Positions 21,849 through 35,063 of a stretch of DNA of 64,000 nucleotides are shown in pieces (positions within the stretch are counted from its first letter, which is position 1; each line of letters opens with the position of its first letter). The position numbers and the translations under genes are program-made. The notes beneath the pieces were generated by a model. It had not been told where the DNA came from. It saw only the letters and a list, made by a program, of their open reading frames with translations, and ran no database searches. Origin of the DNA: Candidatus Thiodiazotropha sp. (GTDB lineage Bacteria; Pseudomonadota; Gammaproteobacteria; Chromatiales; Chromatiaceae); the NCBI GenBank assembly GCA_023838465.1, contig JAIVEQ010000022.1, positions 1,428-65,427 of the forward strand. Reading direction: 5' to 3'.

Positions 21849-21924
21849 AGGCCAATGGCTCAATTGGTAGAGCAGCGGTCTCCAAAACCGCAGGTTGGGG
21901 GTTCGATTCCCTCTTGGCCTGCCA
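21849..21924 (+). tRNA. tRNA-Trp (CCA)
   Basis: AGGCCAA/TTGGCCT acceptor, GCGGT CT CCA AA ACCGC, TTCGATT, GCCA end; canonical position between tuf and secE. Confidence 0.97.
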
Positions 21925-21946
21925 TATATATCGGCAAATAGAAACT

Positions 21947-22321
21947 ATGAATTCGAAGTCCCAGGTAGAGGTATCGAGTCTCGATACCGTCAAGCTCATA
22001 TTGGCGGTAGGGATCATTGTGGGCGCTATTCTTGGTTTTTACTACCTTGATGGCTACTCGCAACTTTTACGTGTCCTGGGCCTATTGGCGCTGGTGGGCG
22101 TATCAGCATTGATTGCCTATCAAACGACGGTGGGTCGAACAGTTTGGGAATTCGCCTCGGCTTCCAAGGTCGAGGTACGTAAGGTTGTATGGCCAAGTCG
22201 TCAGGAGACGGTACAAACCACACTGATTGTGTTTGTGATGGTCTTGTTTATGGGCATTGTGCTGTGGTTGTTTGACATGATGCTGGGTGCGATTCTTCGC
22301 GCCTTGACTGGGTCTGGATAG
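21947..22321 (+). CDS. secE: Preprotein translocase subunit SecE (3-TM form)
   Basis: [13 protein letters not shown] motif. Start at ATG 21947 (the ORF-track start lies inside the tRNA). Confidence 0.96.
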   Translation: MNSKSQVEVSSLDTVKLILAVGIIVGAILGFYYLDGYSQLLRVLGLLALVGVSALIAYQTTVGRTVWEFASASKVEVRKVVWPSRQETVQTTLIVFVMVLFMGIVLWLFDMMLGAILRALTGSG

Positions 22322-22331
22322 GGAGAGTGAT

Positions 22332-22865
22332 ATGACCATGCGTTGGTATGTAGTGCACGCCTACTCCGGCTTTGAATCCCAGGTTCAGCGCTCGCTTAAA
22401 GAGCGTATCGAACGTTATGATATGCAGGATAAATTTGGCGAGATTCTGGTCCCCACCGAAGAAGTAGTTGAGATGCGCGCTGGTCAACAGCGTAGGAGTG
22501 AACGAAAGTTTTTCCCTGGGTATGTGTTGGTGCAAATGGAGATGACTGACGATACTTGGCATTTGGTGAAGGATGTACCGAAAGTGATGGGATTTATTGG
22601 CGGAACAGGTGACCGGCCGGCGCCTATCTCCAATAAGGAAGCGGATGCCATCCTGCAGCGGGTTCAGGAGGGTGTTGAAAAACCCCGTCCGAAGGTGTTG
22701 TTCGAGCCTGGCGAGGTGGTGCGTGTTGTCGATGGACCTTTTAATGACTTCACTGGTGTGGTTGAAGAGGTCGATTATGACAAAAGCCGCCTGAAGGTGT
22801 CGGTACTGATTTTTGGTCGCTCCACACCTGTAGATCTGGAGTTTGGCCAGGTGGAGAAGGGCTGA
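22332..22865 (+). CDS. nusG: Transcription termination/antitermination factor NusG
   Basis: [34 protein letters not shown]. Confidence 0.99.
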   Translation: MTMRWYVVHAYSGFESQVQRSLKERIERYDMQDKFGEILVPTEEVVEMRAGQQRRSERKFFPGYVLVQMEMTDDTWHLVKDVPKVMGFIGGTGDRPAPISNKEADAILQRVQEGVEKPRPKVLFEPGEVVRVVDGPFNDFTGVVEEVDYDKSRLKVSVLIFGRSTPVDLEFGQVEKG

Positions 22866-22895
22866 CGCCCTGAATCCTGGAATTGTAACTATTGA

Positions 22896-22935
22896 ATGGG
22901 GAGCCGAGGTGAGAGTCCAAGGCATTTGCACCCAT
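22896..22935 (+). promoter_or_regulatory. L1-binding autoregulatory leader upstream of rplK
   Basis: ATGGGGAGCC...GGCATTTGCACCCAT resembles the enterobacterial rplK leader (GGGGAGCC...GGC...ACCC) in the expected position. Confidence 0.6.
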
Positions 22936-22949
22936 AACAGAGGTATGAC

Positions 22950-23384
22950 ATGGCTAAGAAGATAATGGCTTACATCAAGCTTCAGGTGAAGGCTGGTGAA
23001 GCTAATCCGAGTCCTCCTGTTGGCCCTGCGTTGGGTCAGCATGGCGTGAATATCATGGAGTTTTGTAAGGCCTTCAATGCGAAGACGCAAAACGTAGAGA
23101 AGGGACTGCCTATTCCAGTGGTCATCACTGTTTATGCTGATCGCTCGTTCAGCTTTATTACTAAAACACCCCCAGCATCAGTATTGCTGAAGAAGGTGAT
23201 GGGCCTACCAAAAGGTAGCTCGGTCCCCAATACTCAGAAAGTGGGAACCGTGACACGCCAGCAGTTGGAAGAGGTTGCCACGATCAAGATGCCGGACCTC
23301 ACTGCAGCCGATATGGATGCAGCTGTTCGTACCATTGCGGGTAGTGCCCGTCAGATGGGGCTCGATGTTGAGGGGGTGGAGTAA
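22950..23384 (+). CDS. rplK: 50S ribosomal protein L11
   Basis: [23 protein letters not shown]. Confidence 0.99.
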   Translation: MAKKIMAYIKLQVKAGEANPSPPVGPALGQHGVNIMEFCKAFNAKTQNVEKGLPIPVVITVYADRSFSFITKTPPASVLLKKVMGLPKGSSVPNTQKVGTVTRQQLEEVATIKMPDLTAADMDAAVRTIAGSARQMGLDVEGVE

Positions 23385-23387
23385 ATC

Positions 23388-24083
23388 ATGGCTAAGTTGA
23401 CAAAACGAGCTAAGGCAATCCGTGAAAAACTGGAAGCTGGTAAAAGCTATCCGGCTGATGAGGCTTTCAGCTTACTGAAAGAGTTATCTGCCGTGAAATT
23501 CAGTGAGTCCATAGACGTCAGTGTGAATCTTGGTGTTGATGCAAAAAAATCTGATCAAGTAGTACGTGGAGCGTCAGTACTGCCTCATGGCACCGGTAAA
23601 TCTGTGCGTGTGGCCGTTTTTGCACAAGGTGCGAATGCGGATGCAGCTAAAGCGGCAGGTGCAGACGTGGTCGGTTTTGAAGACCTGGCTGAAGAGATCA
23701 AGGGCGGCAAGATGGATTTTGACGTGGTCATTGCCTCTCCGGATGCAATGCGTGTTGTGGGTAAACTGGGGCAGATCCTAGGGCCACGAGGTCTTATGCC
23801 AAACCCCAAAGTTGGCACTGTTACACCGAATGTGGTGGAGGCAGTTGAGAATGCAAAGGCTGGACAGGTGCGCTATCGCACAGACAAAGCAGGCATTATC
23901 CATTGCTCGATCGGTAAAGTTGATTTTGAACCACAGAAATTGAAAGAGAATCTGGAACATTTGCTGCGTGCTTTGGTTAAGGCAAAGCCAAGTTCGGCAA
24001 AGGGTGTTTATCTGGGTAAGGTGACAGTCTCCTCGACCATGGGTCCAGGGCTGACACTTGATCAGGCAACGCTCACAATTTAA
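23388..24083 (+). CDS. rplA: 50S ribosomal protein L1
   Basis: [34 protein letters not shown]. Confidence 0.99.
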   Translation: MAKLTKRAKAIREKLEAGKSYPADEAFSLLKELSAVKFSESIDVSVNLGVDAKKSDQVVRGASVLPHGTGKSVRVAVFAQGANADAAKAAGADVVGFEDLAEEIKGGKMDFDVVIASPDAMRVVGKLGQILGPRGLMPNPKVGTVTPNVVEAVENAKAGQVRYRTDKAGIIHCSIGKVDFEPQKLKENLEHLLRALVKAKPSSAKGVYLGKVTVSSTMGPGLTLDQATLTI

Positions 24084-24162
24084 TGAACTCGAGCGGTTAG
24101 GTGGCATGCTATCTACCTGGCCGCTTTCTTGAACTTTGGTGGGGTGCCGGTTCACCGGTGCT

Positions 24163-24217
24163 GTCAAAGACCGCAGGCGCATGATTTAGCATGCTTAATC
24201 TCTGCCTGCGCAGACGG
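24163..24217 (+). promoter_or_regulatory. L10 leader RNA
   Basis: AAGACCGCAGG...CTTAAT...CCTGCGCAGACGG matches the rplJ leader pattern. Confidence 0.85.
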
Positions 24218-24331
24218 AGCACCCCCAATCAGGAATTTTCCTGGTGATGGTGCGCGTTAGGTTGTGACACATTTGGTGTCATGTTGTGTTTGGGAAATGT
24301 GATGTTTCCCCATTATCAGGAGGTGACGACT

Positions 24332-24859
24332 TTGCCACTCAATCTTGAGCAAAAAAGAGCCATCGTTGCCGAAGTCAGTGACGTAGCCAATAGTGCGCTT
24401 TCAGCGATTGCCGCTGAGTATCGGGGGCTGACCGTCGAGGAGATGACCGCATTGAGACGCGAAGCGCGTAACAATGGTGTCTACCTTCGAGTGGTTAGGA
24501 ATACCCTGGCTAAGCGTGCTGTTGAGAACACGGATTTTGCCTGTATGCAGGAGGGTTTGACGGGTCCTTTGATCCTCGCCTTCTCACAGGAAGATCCAGG
24601 TTCTGCAGCTCGCGTTATTAAGGACTTTGCTAAGGAGCACAAGCTTCTCGATGTCAAAATGGTATCCATAGGCGGCAAGATGCTGGCGCCCAGTGATATC
24701 GATGCTTTGGCCAAATTACCGACCTATGACCAGGCAATCAGCATGCTGATGGCTGTCATGAAGGCGCCGGTAGAGAAGCTGGCCCGCACCATGAATGAGG
24801 TGCCTAGCAAGCTGGTCCGGACTGTGGCTGCGATCAAGGATGCCAAACAGGCGGCTTAA
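24332..24859 (+). CDS. rplJ: 50S ribosomal protein L10
   Basis: TTG start behind AGGAGG; [23 protein letters not shown]. Confidence 0.97.
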   Translation: MPLNLEQKRAIVAEVSDVANSALSAIAAEYRGLTVEEMTALRREARNNGVYLRVVRNTLAKRAVENTDFACMQEGLTGPLILAFSQEDPGSAARVIKDFAKEHKLLDVKMVSIGGKMLAPSDIDALAKLPTYDQAISMLMAVMKAPVEKLARTMNEVPSKLVRTVAAIKDAKQAA

Positions 24860-24914
24860 TCGGCTTTACCTTTCATACGTATATCGTGCAAAACAATTTT
24901 CAGGAGTTTTAATA

Positions 24915-25292
24915 ATGGCCGTTTCTAAAGAAGATATCCTCGACGCGATTGCCGAGATGTCCGTGATGGACGTTGTCGCGCTTATCGAGGCAATGGAAGA
25001 GAAGTTTGGTGTTACCGCTGCTGCTGCTGTTGCCGCTGCACCGGCAGCTGCTGGTGGTGGTGAAGCCGCAGCAGAAGAGCAGACCGAGTTTGACGTAGTA
25101 CTGGCTGAAATCGGTGGCAACAAGATTGCTGTCATCAAGGCTGTCCGCGGCATGACCGGTCTGGGCCTCAAAGAAGCAAAGGAAGCTGTCGAAGGTGCAC
25201 CGACCACATTGAAGGAAGGCGTGAGCAAGGATGAGGCCGAAGAGGCCAAGAAGAAGCTCGAAGAGGCAGGCGCCAAAGCCGAGATCAAATAA
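24915..25292 (+). CDS. rplL: 50S ribosomal protein L7/L12
   Basis: Ala-rich hinge, [25 protein letters not shown]. Confidence 0.99.
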   Translation: MAVSKEDILDAIAEMSVMDVVALIEAMEEKFGVTAAAAVAAAPAAAGGGEAAAEEQTEFDVVLAEIGGNKIAVIKAVRGMTGLGLKEAKEAVEGAPTTLKEGVSKDEAEEAKKKLEEAGAKAEIK

Positions 25293-25329
25293 GATTCTCG
25301 TCTCGATCGTCTGCAGACAAGTGCGGTTG

Positions 25330-25359
25330 AGGCTGGTGGCGTAAAGCCGCCGGCCTTTT
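25330..25359 (+). terminator. Intrinsic terminator/attenuator between rplL and rpoB
   Basis: AGGCTGGTGGC-GTAAA-GCCGCCGGCCT stem (with G-U pairs) followed by T residues. Confidence 0.75.
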
Positions 25360-25532
25360 ACCGCTTGTCACGCAGGAAATTCACTGAACCCCTATTCTAT
25401 GGGGATGAGGTGAAGATCAGGTTCCCTGAGCCGAATTAAATCAGGCGTTAGTTTGATGCGTTGTTCACTACCTGACGGGAAGTAGGTATTGATAGCGCAA
25501 CCACCAAGCCTTTGACACCGAGGGATGGCAGT

Positions 25533-28500
25533 ATGGCCTATTCTTTCACCGAAAAAAAGCGTATCCGTAAAGACTTCGGTAAGCGACCCAGTATACTGGA
25601 CGTACCGTTTCTTTTAGCAACCCAAATCGATTCCTATCGTGGCTTTTTACAGGATGGCGTAGCTCCTGATGAGCGCCAGGATATGGGACTACACGCGGCT
25701 TTTAAATCGGTAATGCCGATTACCAGTTACTCAGGTAACGCTGTACTGGAGTATGTGAACTATAAGCTTGGTGAACCTGTTTTCGATGTCAGGGAGTGCC
25801 AGCTTCGAGGTACCACCTACGCGGCACCACTGCGGGTTCTGGTGCGCCTTGTCATCTATGATAAAGAGGCACCCGCCGGTTCCAAGGTGGTTAAAGATAT
25901 CCGTGAACAAGAAGTCTACATGGGCGAACTGCCTCTGATGACCGATACGGGTACCTTCGTAATCAATGGTACCGAGCGCGTTATAGTGTCTCAGTTACAC
26001 CGCTCTCCTGGTGTATTTTTTGACCATGACCGGGGCAAAACCCATTCTTCCGGCAAGCTGCTGTTTTCGGCACGGGTGATCCCCTATCGTGGGTCATGGC
26101 TCGATTTCGAGTTTGATCCAAAAGATAATGTATTCGTGCGTATCGATCGGCGTCGGAAACTGCCAGCAACCATTCTGTTACGTGCGCTGGGATTCGATAC
26201 TGAACAGATTCTTGAGATGTTCTTCGAAACTGACTCGTTTAGCCTGACTAAAAGGACATTGAAAGTTGATCTTGTACCGGAGCGTTTGCGCGGCGAAACC
26301 GTCAGTTTTGATATTAAGGTAGCTGACCAGGTTATTGTTGAAGCTGGACGGCGTATCACAGCGCGGCATATTCGTGATCTTGAAAAAGCCGGTGTTAAGA
26401 AGCTGGATGTGCCTCGCGATTTTGTCTATGGAAAGGTGTTAGCCCACAATGTGGTCGACAAGGAAACGGGCGAGCTGATCGCAGAAGCCAATGCTGAGAT
26501 CACCGAAGAGTTGTTCGATGTACTTGTCGAGAATAGTGTGAAAAAGCTGAAAACGCTGTTCACTAACGACCTGGATCATGGTTCGTTTGTCTCGGAGACG
26601 CTACGCATCGATCCAACCACCAATCAGCTGGAGGCCCAGGTCGAGATCTATCGCATGATGCGACCAGGTGAGCCGCCCACTAAAGAAGCCGCTCATAATC
26701 TATTTAATAATCTCTTTTTTACGCCGGAACGCTACGACCTTTCAGCAGTCGGCCGTATGAAATTCAATCGCCGATTGAGTCGTGAGGATGAAGTTGGTGA
26801 AGGCGTGTTGTCCAAAGAGGACATCGTCGATGTTCTCAGGGAATTGATAAATATCCGCGACGGAAATGGTGTGGTGGATGACATTGATCATCTGGGTAAT
26901 CGCCGTATCCGTTGTGTCGGTGAGATGGCGGAGAATCAATTTCGTGTGGGTCTTGTTCGTGTTGAACGTGCTGTTAAGGAGCGTCTGACCCAGGCTGAAT
27001 CCGAAGGGCTTATGCCCCAGGAGATGATCAACGCCAAGCCAGTTTCTGCTGCCATCAAAGAATTTTTCGGCTCCAGTCAACTGTCTCAGTTCATGGACCA
27101 GAATAATCCACTTTCTGAGGTAACCCACAAGCGCCGTGTTTCAGCGCTGGGTCCAGGCGGTCTGGCGCGTGAGCGTGCCGGTTTTGAGGTGCGCGATGTT
27201 CATCCAACGCACTATGGTCGAGTCTGTCCCATCGAGACGCCTGAAGGGCCGAATATCGGCTTGATCAACTCCCTCGCAGTCTACTCGCGTACCAATCGCT
27301 ACGGCTTTCTCGAAACACCGTACCGTAAGGTCGAGAACAGCAAGGTCACAGATCAGATCGACTATCTCTCCGCCATTGAAGAGGGTCGTTACGTCATCGC
27401 TCAGGCCAATGCCACGTTGGATGCGAGTGGAAAATTGGCTGATGAGCTAGTCTCTTCCCGATTTCAAAATGAATTCACACTCTCTACCCCGGATAAGGTG
27501 CAGTACATCGACGTTTCACCGAAGCAGATCGTCTCTGTGGCGGCTTCCTTGATTCCGTTTCTGGAACATGACGATGCCAACCGAGCTTTGATGGGATCCA
27601 ATATGCAACGTCAGGCTGTTCCTGTGTTGCGAGCCGAGAAGCCATTGGTTGGTACCGGCATTGAACGTGTGGTTGCAGTTGATTCCGGCGTCACAGTGGT
27701 GGCGACCCGTGGTGGTATGATTGAGTCGGTTGACGCAGCCCGTATCGTAGTGCGTGTTAATGATGATGAGACTGAGGCAGGTGAACCTGGTGTCGACATC
27801 TACAATCTGACCAAGTACACCCGATCCAATCAGAACACCTGTATCAACCAGCGTCCGCTGGTTGATGTGAATAACGTGATCGCACGGGGAGATGTGTTGG
27901 CCGATGGTCCTTCTACAGACATGGGCGAACTGGCTCTTGGACAGAACCTGCGTGTCGCATTCATGCCCTGGAACGGCTACAACTTCGAGGATTCGATCCT
28001 AATTTCCGAACGAGTTGTACAGGAGGATCGTTTCACATCGATCCACATTGAAGAAATGACCTGTATGGCTCGCGATACCAAATTGGGTCCTGAAGAGATC
28101 ACCGGAGATATCCCGAATGTGGGTGAAGCTGCGCTCTCCAAGTTGGATGAGTCCGGCATTGTCTATATCGGTGCAGAGGTACGTGAAGGGGATATCCTGG
28201 TCGGTAAGGTCACACCCAAAGGTGAATCTCAGCTGACTCCTGAAGAGAAGTTGCTGCGCGCCATTTTTGGTGAGAAAGCCTCTGATGTAAAAGACACTTC
28301 ACTGCGTGTCTCATCCGGTATGGTCGGGACTGTTATCGATGTCCAGGTATTTACCCGCGATGGTGTGGAAAAAGATGCTCGGGCACTACAGATAGAACAG
28401 GTTGAGTTGGATCGTGTCCGTAAGGATCTCGATGATCAATTGCGTATCATGGAAGAGGATACCTTTCAGCGTGTTGAAAAGATGCTTGTGGGCAAGTTAG

Positions 28501-29609
28501 TTGATGGTGGACCCAACCAGATCAAGGCTGGCACCAAAGTCACCAAAAACTATCTTGCAGACATGGAGCGTGATAAGTGGCTGGAAATCCGACTGCGTAC
28601 TGAGGAGTCTGCTACACAGTTGGAGGCGATTGCCGAGCAGATCAGGGCTCAGCGTGAATCTTTCCGTGACAAGTACGAGGAGAAGAAGCGCAAATTGACT
28701 GCCGGGGACGATTTAGCGCCTGGTGTGTTGAAGATGGTCAAGGTCTACGTGGCAGTAAAGCGTCGTGTTCAGCCAGGTGACAAGATGGCGGGACGTCATG
28801 GTAACAAGGGTGTTATCTCCACTATCGTACCGGTAGAAGATATGCCATTCGACGAACATGGTGAACCGGTGGATATTGTGCTTAATCCGCTTGGCGTACC
28901 TTCGCGTATGAATGTCGGACAGGTACTTGAAACCCATCTTGGGTTTGCAGCCAAGGGGGTCGGTCGCCGTATCGGTGCAATGCTGGATGCCCACAATAAG
29001 ATGGCTGAACTGCGTGGTTTCCTTGACAAGGTTTATAACACCAGCGGCAAAAAAGAGGATATCAACTCTATGACCGATGAAGAGGTGGTGGCTATGTGTC
29101 AGAACCTCAGAAGCGGTGTACCGATGGCAACACCGGTATTTGATGGTGCCCATGAATCTGAAGTGAAACAGATGCTGGAGCTGGCAGGACTGCCGGAAAG
29201 TGGCCAGTGCAGACTGTATGACGGTCGTACCGGTGACACATTTGAACGTGAGGTGACGGTTGGCTACATGTACATGCTTAAACTCAACCACTTGGTGGAT
29301 GACAAGATGCATGCTCGTTCAACCGGTCCCTACAGTTTGGTGACGCAGCAGCCACTGGGTGGAAAAGCCCAGTTTGGTGGACAACGTTTCGGTGAGATGG
29401 AAGTCTGGGCGTTGGAAGCATACGGTGCTGCCTATACCTTGCAGGAGATGCTTACCGTCAAGTCTGACGATGTCATCGGGCGTACCCGGATGTACAAAAA
29501 CATCGTGGATGGCAATCATCAAATGGAGGCCGGTATGCCCGAGTCATTCAACGTGCTGGTCAAGGAGATACGTTCTCTGGCCATCAATATCGAATTGGAA
29601 CAGGACTGA
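25533..29609 (+). CDS. rpoB: RNA polymerase beta subunit
   Basis: [13 protein letters not shown] start; [27 protein letters not shown]; [12 protein letters not shown]; GGQRFGEME. Confidence 0.99.
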   Translation: MAYSFTEKKRIRKDFGKRPSILDVPFLLATQIDSYRGFLQDGVAPDERQDMGLHAAFKSVMPITSYSGNAVLEYVNYKLGEPVFDVRECQLRGTTYAAPLRVLVRLVIYDKEAPAGSKVVKDIREQEVYMGELPLMTDTGTFVINGTERVIVSQLHRSPGVFFDHDRGKTHSSGKLLFSARVIPYRGSWLDFEFDPKDNVFVRIDRRRKLPATILLRALGFDTEQILEMFFETDSFSLTKRTLKVDLVPERLRGETVSFDIKVADQVIVEAGRRITARHIRDLEKAGVKKLDVPRDFVYGKVLAHNVVDKETGELIAEANAEITEELFDVLVENSVKKLKTLFTNDLDHGSFVSETLRIDPTTNQLEAQVEIYRMMRPGEPPTKEAAHNLFNNLFFTPERYDLSAVGRMKFNRRLSREDEVGEGVLSKEDIVDVLRELINIRDGNGVVDDIDHLGNRRIRCVGEMAENQFRVGLVRVERAVKERLTQAESEGLMPQEMINAKPVSAAIKEFFGSSQLSQFMDQNNPLSEVTHKRRVSALGPGGLARERAGFEVRDVHPTHYGRVCPIETPEGPNIGLINSLAVYSRTNRYGFLETPYRKVENSKVTDQIDYLSAIEEGRYVIAQANATLDASGKLADELVSSRFQNEFTLSTPDKVQYIDVSPKQIVSVAASLIPFLEHDDANRALMGSNMQRQAVPVLRAEKPLVGTGIERVVAVDSGVTVVATRGGMIESVDAARIVVRVNDDETEAGEPGVDIYNLTKYTRSNQNTCINQRPLVDVNNVIARGDVLADGPSTDMGELALGQNLRVAFMPWNGYNFEDSILISERVVQEDRFTSIHIEEMTCMARDTKLGPEEITGDIPNVGEAALSKLDESGIVYIGAEVREGDILVGKVTPKGESQLTPEEKLLRAIFGEKASDVKDTSLRVSSGMVGTVIDVQVFTRDGVEKDARALQIEQVELDRVRKDLDDQLRIMEEDTFQRVEKMLVGKLVDGGPNQIKAGTKVTKNYLADMERDKWLEIRLRTEESATQLEAIAEQIRAQRESFRDKYEEKKRKLTAGDDLAPGVLKMVKVYVAVKRRVQPGDKMAGRHGNKGVISTIVPVEDMPFDEHGEPVDIVLNPLGVPSRMNVGQVLETHLGFAAKGVGRRIGAMLDAHNKMAELRGFLDKVYNTSGKKEDINSMTDEEVVAMCQNLRSGVPMATPVFDGAHESEVKQMLELAGLPESGQCRLYDGRTGDTFEREVTVGYMYMLKLNHLVDDKMHARSTGPYSLVTQQPLGGKAQFGGQRFGEMEVWALEAYGAAYTLQEMLTVKSDDVIGRTRMYKNIVDGNHQMEAGMPESFNVLVKEIRSLAINIELEQD

Positions 29610-29651
29610 GGCACTGACTCAGGTCAGTAACCGAATGCAGGAGAGACGATC

Positions 29652-32600
29652 TTGAAAGATCTACTGAATATTCTTAAGCAGCAGGGTCAGACCGAAGATT
29701 TCGATGCCATCCGCATCGGCTTGGCGTCACCGGACATGATCCGTTCCTGGTCCTATGGCGAAGTAAAGAAGCCGGAGACCATCAACTACCGTACTTTCAA
29801 GCCAGAGCGGGATGGATTGTTTTGCGCCAAGATCTTTGGCCCGGTAAGCGATTACGAGTGTCTCTGTGGCAAATACAAACGACTCAAGCACCGCGGTGTG
29901 GTGTGTGAGAAGTGTGGTGTCGAGGTAACTCTGGCTAAGGTGCGTCGTGAGCGTATGGGCCACATTGAGCTTGCCAGTCCAGTGGCGCATATCTGGTTCC
30001 TCAAATCATTGCCATCACGAATTGGTCTGTTGATGGACATGACCTTGCGTGATATCGAACGGGTACTCTACTTCGAATCATTTGTCGTGGTCGACCCCGG
30101 TATGACACCCTTGGAACGTGGTCAGCTGCTAACGGATGAGCAGTACCTTGATGCTATCGAGGAGAATGGAGACGAGTTTGATGCCAGGATGGGTGCCGAA
30201 GCGGTCTACGAACTGTTAAAGACTATTGATATTCCGGAGGAGATAAAGCGCCTGCGGGAAGAGATTGAAGGCACCAATTCAGAGACCAAAATCAAGAAGT
30301 TCACCAAGCGGCTCAAATTGCTGGAGTCCCTCAATGAGTCGGGTAACCGGCCTGAGTGGATGGTGATGACTGTGCTGCCTGTGCTGCCGCCGGAGTTACG
30401 GCCTTTGGTGCCATTGGATGGTGGGCGATTCGCAACCTCTGACTTGAATGATCTCTATCGTCGAGTCATCAATCGCAACAATCGCCTGAAACGACTGCTT
30501 GACCTCAACGCGCCAGATATCATCGTGCGCAATGAAAAACGTATGCTGCAAGAGTCGGTGGATGCCTTGTTGGACAACGGACGCCGTGGTCGTGCCATTA
30601 CAGGTACCAATCGTCGTCCTCTGAAGTCCCTGGCAGACATGATCAAAGGCAAGCAGGGACGCTTCCGTCAAAACCTGCTGGGTAAACGTGTCGACTATTC
30701 AGGTCGTTCAGTTATCGTGGTAGGTCCAACCTTGAAATTGCATCAGTGTGGTTTGCCCAAGCGGATGGCCCTGGAGCTGTTTAAGCCGTTTATCTTCAGC
30801 AAACTGCAGTTGCATGGGTTGGCAACAACCATCAAAGCTGCCAAGAAACTGGTGGAACGTGGCACCGGTGATGTGTGGGATATCTTGGAAGAGGTGATCC
30901 GTGAGCATCCCGTTATGCTCAACCGTGCGCCTACCCTGCATCGACTCGGTATTCAGGCCTTTGAACCGGTGCTTATCGAAGGTAAGGCCATCCAGCTCCA
31001 TCCTCTGGTCTGTACTGCTTTCAACGCCGATTTTGATGGTGACCAGATGGCTGTCCATGTGCCACTGTCACTCGAGGCGCAGCTAGAGGCGCGCAGCCTC
31101 ATGATGGCCACCAACAATATTCTCTCCCCGGCCAATGGTGATCCGATTATTGTTCCATCACAGGACGTGGTGCTTGGTCTCTACTTCATGACCCGTGATC
31201 GGGTTAACGCCAAGGGCGAGGGCTCTGTATACGCTGACGTCAAAGAGGCGAAGCGTGCCTATGAATCGGGCCATGCTGATCTACAGGCACGTGTCAGAGT
31301 GCGTATGAAAGAGGTGGTGCTGGATGAGGATGGTAACCTCAGCGAGTCAATCCGTATTATCAATACCACAATTGGGCGTACACTTGTCTTTGATGTAGTC
31401 CCTGATGGCCTACCCTTCTCCCTGGTCGATCAACCAATGGGTAAGAAGTCAATCTCAAACCTTATCAATGCCTGCTATCGCAGACTTGGTTTGAAGGACA
31501 CGGTGATATTCGCCGATCAGCTCATGTATATGGGCTTTCGCTATGCTACCCGTGCAGCAGTCTCCTTCTGCTCAAATGATATGGTGGTTCCTGAAGAGAA
31601 AGGTGAAATACTGGCTCGTGCCGAATCGGAAGTGAAAGAGATCGAGAATCAGTACACATCCGGCCTCGTAACCAATGGTGAGCGATACAACAAGGTAGTC
31701 GATATCTGGTCGCATACGAATGATCAGGTAGCAAAGGCCATGATGGGCAAGTTGGGCAAAGAGAAGGTGATTGACCGTGATGGTAACGAGGTCGAGCAGG
31801 ACTCCTTCAATTCCGTCTACATGATGGCCGACTCCGGTGCTCGTGGTTCTGCCGCGCAGATTCGCCAATTGGCGGGTATGCGTGGCCTGATGGCCAAGCC
31901 AGACGGCTCCATCATCGAAACGCCGATCACCGCTAATTTCCGCGAAGGTCTTGACGTACTGCAGTACTTCATCTCCACCCATGGTGCTCGTAAAGGTTTG
32001 GCCGATACCGCATTGAAAACAGCCAACTCTGGGTATTTGACCAGACGTCTGGTTGATGTGGCGCAGGACATGGTGGTGCTGGAAGTGGATTGTGGAACGG
32101 ATGATGGACTGTTGATGCAGCCCATTATTGAGGGTGGTGATGTGGTAGAGGCGCTCCGTGAGCGTATTCTAGGACGGGTCACAGCTGTACCTGTCTATGC
32201 GCCTGGTAGCGACGAGGTAGTCTGCGAAGGTGGTGTGCTATTTGATGAAAAATGGGTTGACATACTAGAGTCTGCGGGTGTGGACCAAGTCGTAGTACGT
32301 TCCGCTATTACCTGTAATGCCAAAGTTGGTGTCTGTGCTAAGTGCTATGGACGTGATCTGGCACGTGGCCATCAGGTCAATATGGGTGAATCGGTGGGTG
32401 TCATCGCCGCTCAGTCAATCGGTGAGCCAGGTACGCAGCTTACAATGCGCACCTTCCACATCGGTGGTGCAGCCTCTCGTTCTGCAGCAGTCAACAATAT
32501 TCAGGTGAAGTCTGATGGTATAGCAAAGCTGCACAACATAAAGACAGTAAAGCATTCGAGCGGTCATTTGGTTGCGACCTCCCGCTCCGGTGAATTGACC

Positions 32601-33866
32601 ATTGTAGATGATGTCGGGCGTGAACGTGAACGCTATAAGGTTCCCTATGGTGCTACGCTTCAGGTTGAAGATGGAAGCGCGGTTGATGGTGGACAGATCG
32701 TCGCCAACTGGGATCCTCACACCCATCCGGTTATAACCGAAGTTGCCGGTGTACTGCGTTTTGACGCATTTGTCGATGGAGTTACAGTGCAGAAGAAGAC
32801 CGATGAGGTTACTGGACTGAGTTCACTTGAGGTCATCGATCCCAAGCAACGCCCACCGGCCGGTAAAGATATCCGACCAATGGTCAAGCTCGTGGATGAT
32901 AAAGATAAGGACCTCAACATTGCTGGCACCGATATTCCCGCTCACTACTATCTACCCGCTAATGCAGTAGTTAACGTGCAGGATAGCGCTGCAGTGGGTG
33001 TGGGTGACGTACTTGCTCGCATTCCACAGGAGTCGTCCAAGACCCGTGACATCACCGGTGGTCTTCCCCGTGTGGCAGACCTGTTTGAGGCGCGCAAACC
33101 GAAGGATCCGGCAATTTTGGCTGAGGCAACAGGTACAGTGAGTTTTGGTAAGGACACCAAAGGTAAGCAGCGACTTATTATTACCGATTCTGAAGGTGAG
33201 CATCATGAAGAGCTGATTCCGAAATGGCGACATGTCAATGTGTTCGAGGGCGAACATGTAGAGAAGGGTGAAATGATCTCAGATGGAGAACTCAATCCCC
33301 ATGACATTTTGCGCTTGAAAGGAGTGACGGATCTGGCTGAATACCTGGTTAAGGAAATACAGGATGTCTATCGCTTGCAGGGTGTAAAAATCAATGATAA
33401 GCACATTGAAGTAATCATCCGGCAAATGTTGCGCAAGGTCGAGGTGGCAGCTACTGGTGACAGCCACTTCCTGAAGGGAGAGCAGGTAGAGAAGTCGGCT
33501 CTGTTGGAAGAGGCTGAGAGGCTTCGTGCAGAGAGCAAACATCCAGCACTGTACACGCCGCTCTTGTTGGGCATCACAAAGGCGTCACTGGCTACTGAAT
33601 CGTTCATTTCGGCTGCATCTTTCCAGGAGACGACACGTGTATTGACAGAAGCTGCGGTGCGCGGTCTGTCTGATCGCCTGCATGGTTTAAAAGAGAACGT
33701 TATTGTCGGACGACTCATACCATCGGGTACCGGCCTCTCATTCCACAATGACCGTAGACGCAGACGTCAAGAGGAGCTGATGGAGCCTGAGGCTAAACCA
33801 GAGCTTGTGGTTGAAGAAGTTGAGCAGGCATTTAAGGAAGCACTCAACACGCCTGAGACTGAATGA
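29652..33866 (+). CDS. rpoC: RNA polymerase beta' subunit
   Basis: TTG start behind AGGAG; zinc ribbon, catalytic [24 protein letters not shown]. Confidence 0.99.
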   Translation: MKDLLNILKQQGQTEDFDAIRIGLASPDMIRSWSYGEVKKPETINYRTFKPERDGLFCAKIFGPVSDYECLCGKYKRLKHRGVVCEKCGVEVTLAKVRRERMGHIELASPVAHIWFLKSLPSRIGLLMDMTLRDIERVLYFESFVVVDPGMTPLERGQLLTDEQYLDAIEENGDEFDARMGAEAVYELLKTIDIPEEIKRLREEIEGTNSETKIKKFTKRLKLLESLNESGNRPEWMVMTVLPVLPPELRPLVPLDGGRFATSDLNDLYRRVINRNNRLKRLLDLNAPDIIVRNEKRMLQESVDALLDNGRRGRAITGTNRRPLKSLADMIKGKQGRFRQNLLGKRVDYSGRSVIVVGPTLKLHQCGLPKRMALELFKPFIFSKLQLHGLATTIKAAKKLVERGTGDVWDILEEVIREHPVMLNRAPTLHRLGIQAFEPVLIEGKAIQLHPLVCTAFNADFDGDQMAVHVPLSLEAQLEARSLMMATNNILSPANGDPIIVPSQDVVLGLYFMTRDRVNAKGEGSVYADVKEAKRAYESGHADLQARVRVRMKEVVLDEDGNLSESIRIINTTIGRTLVFDVVPDGLPFSLVDQPMGKKSISNLINACYRRLGLKDTVIFADQLMYMGFRYATRAAVSFCSNDMVVPEEKGEILARAESEVKEIENQYTSGLVTNGERYNKVVDIWSHTNDQVAKAMMGKLGKEKVIDRDGNEVEQDSFNSVYMMADSGARGSAAQIRQLAGMRGLMAKPDGSIIETPITANFREGLDVLQYFISTHGARKGLADTALKTANSGYLTRRLVDVAQDMVVLEVDCGTDDGLLMQPIIEGGDVVEALRERILGRVTAVPVYAPGSDEVVCEGGVLFDEKWVDILESAGVDQVVVRSAITCNAKVGVCAKCYGRDLARGHQVNMGESVGVIAAQSIGEPGTQLTMRTFHIGGAASRSAAVNNIQVKSDGIAKLHNIKTVKHSSGHLVATSRSGELTIVDDVGRERERYKVPYGATLQVEDGSAVDGGQIVANWDPHTHPVITEVAGVLRFDAFVDGVTVQKKTDEVTGLSSLEVIDPKQRPPAGKDIRPMVKLVDDKDKDLNIAGTDIPAHYYLPANAVVNVQDSAAVGVGDVLARIPQESSKTRDITGGLPRVADLFEARKPKDPAILAEATGTVSFGKDTKGKQRLIITDSEGEHHEELIPKWRHVNVFEGEHVEKGEMISDGELNPHDILRLKGVTDLAEYLVKEIQDVYRLQGVKINDKHIEVIIRQMLRKVEVAATGDSHFLKGEQVEKSALLEEAERLRAESKHPALYTPLLLGITKASLATESFISAASFQETTRVLTEAAVRGLSDRLHGLKENVIVGRLIPSGTGLSFHNDRRRRRQEELMEPEAKPELVVEEVEQAFKEALNTPETE

Positions 33867-33897
33867 CCTGTTTCGGGGAGTATATCGTTACAGTCTC

Positions 33898-33926
33898 TTG
33901 ACAAGAGGATAGAGCAAGCATAGAAT
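33898..33926 (+). promoter_or_regulatory. Sigma70 promoter of the str operon
   Basis: TTGACA-17 bp-TAGAAT followed by GCGCGC. Confidence 0.85.
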
Positions 33927-34127
33927 GCGCGCTCCTTAGACAGGCCGGCCCATGCCGGCCTGTCGTTTCTGCCACTCAATTCGTCGACTAAGGCGTTGTT
34001 GGGTAAGATTATTTTAACCAGAGAAAATGCATTCGCTTTTTGTTGTTTTAACTGCAACAGGAAGGATTCAGCTTCTCCGGTTTTTTTTGTGCATATAGCA
34101 AACATCACGTCCCTGGAGACGGAATAG

Positions 34128-34502
34128 ATGGCGACAATTAACCAGCTGGTGCGTAAGCCCAGGAAACGTAAAGCTCAAAAGAGTAATGTGCCGGCACTGG
34201 AGTCCTGCCCGCAGCGGCGTGGCGTGTGTACTCGTGTCTATACTACGACACCTAAAAAACCAAACTCTGCGCTTCGTAAGGTTGCGCGTGTCAGGTTGAC
34301 CAATGGCTATGAAGTATCGAGTTACATTGGTGGTGAGGGGCACAATCTGCAGGAGCATTCAGTAGTGCTAATTCGTGGTGGTCGTGTAAAGGACTTACCT
34401 GGTGTTCGTTATCATGTGGTGCGTGGCAGTCTTGATACCTCAGGTGTCGAGAAGCGGCGTCAAGGTCGATCCAAGTACGGCGCTAAGCGTCCGAAAGGTT
34501 AG
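34128..34502 (+). CDS. rpsL: 30S ribosomal protein S12
   Basis: [21 protein letters not shown]. Confidence 0.99.
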   Translation: MATINQLVRKPRKRKAQKSNVPALESCPQRRGVCTRVYTTTPKKPNSALRKVARVRLTNGYEVSSYIGGEGHNLQEHSVVLIRGGRVKDLPGVRYHVVRGSLDTSGVEKRRQGRSKYGAKRPKG

Positions 34503-34537
34503 TGGTCTGCTGGTCAGACATTCTTCAACGAGTTTGA

Positions 34538-35017
<480 letters not shown>

Positions 35018-35063
35018 GCGATCTATTAATCCTAATTTAGCTCTTTAAAAACAGGTTTGTAAC

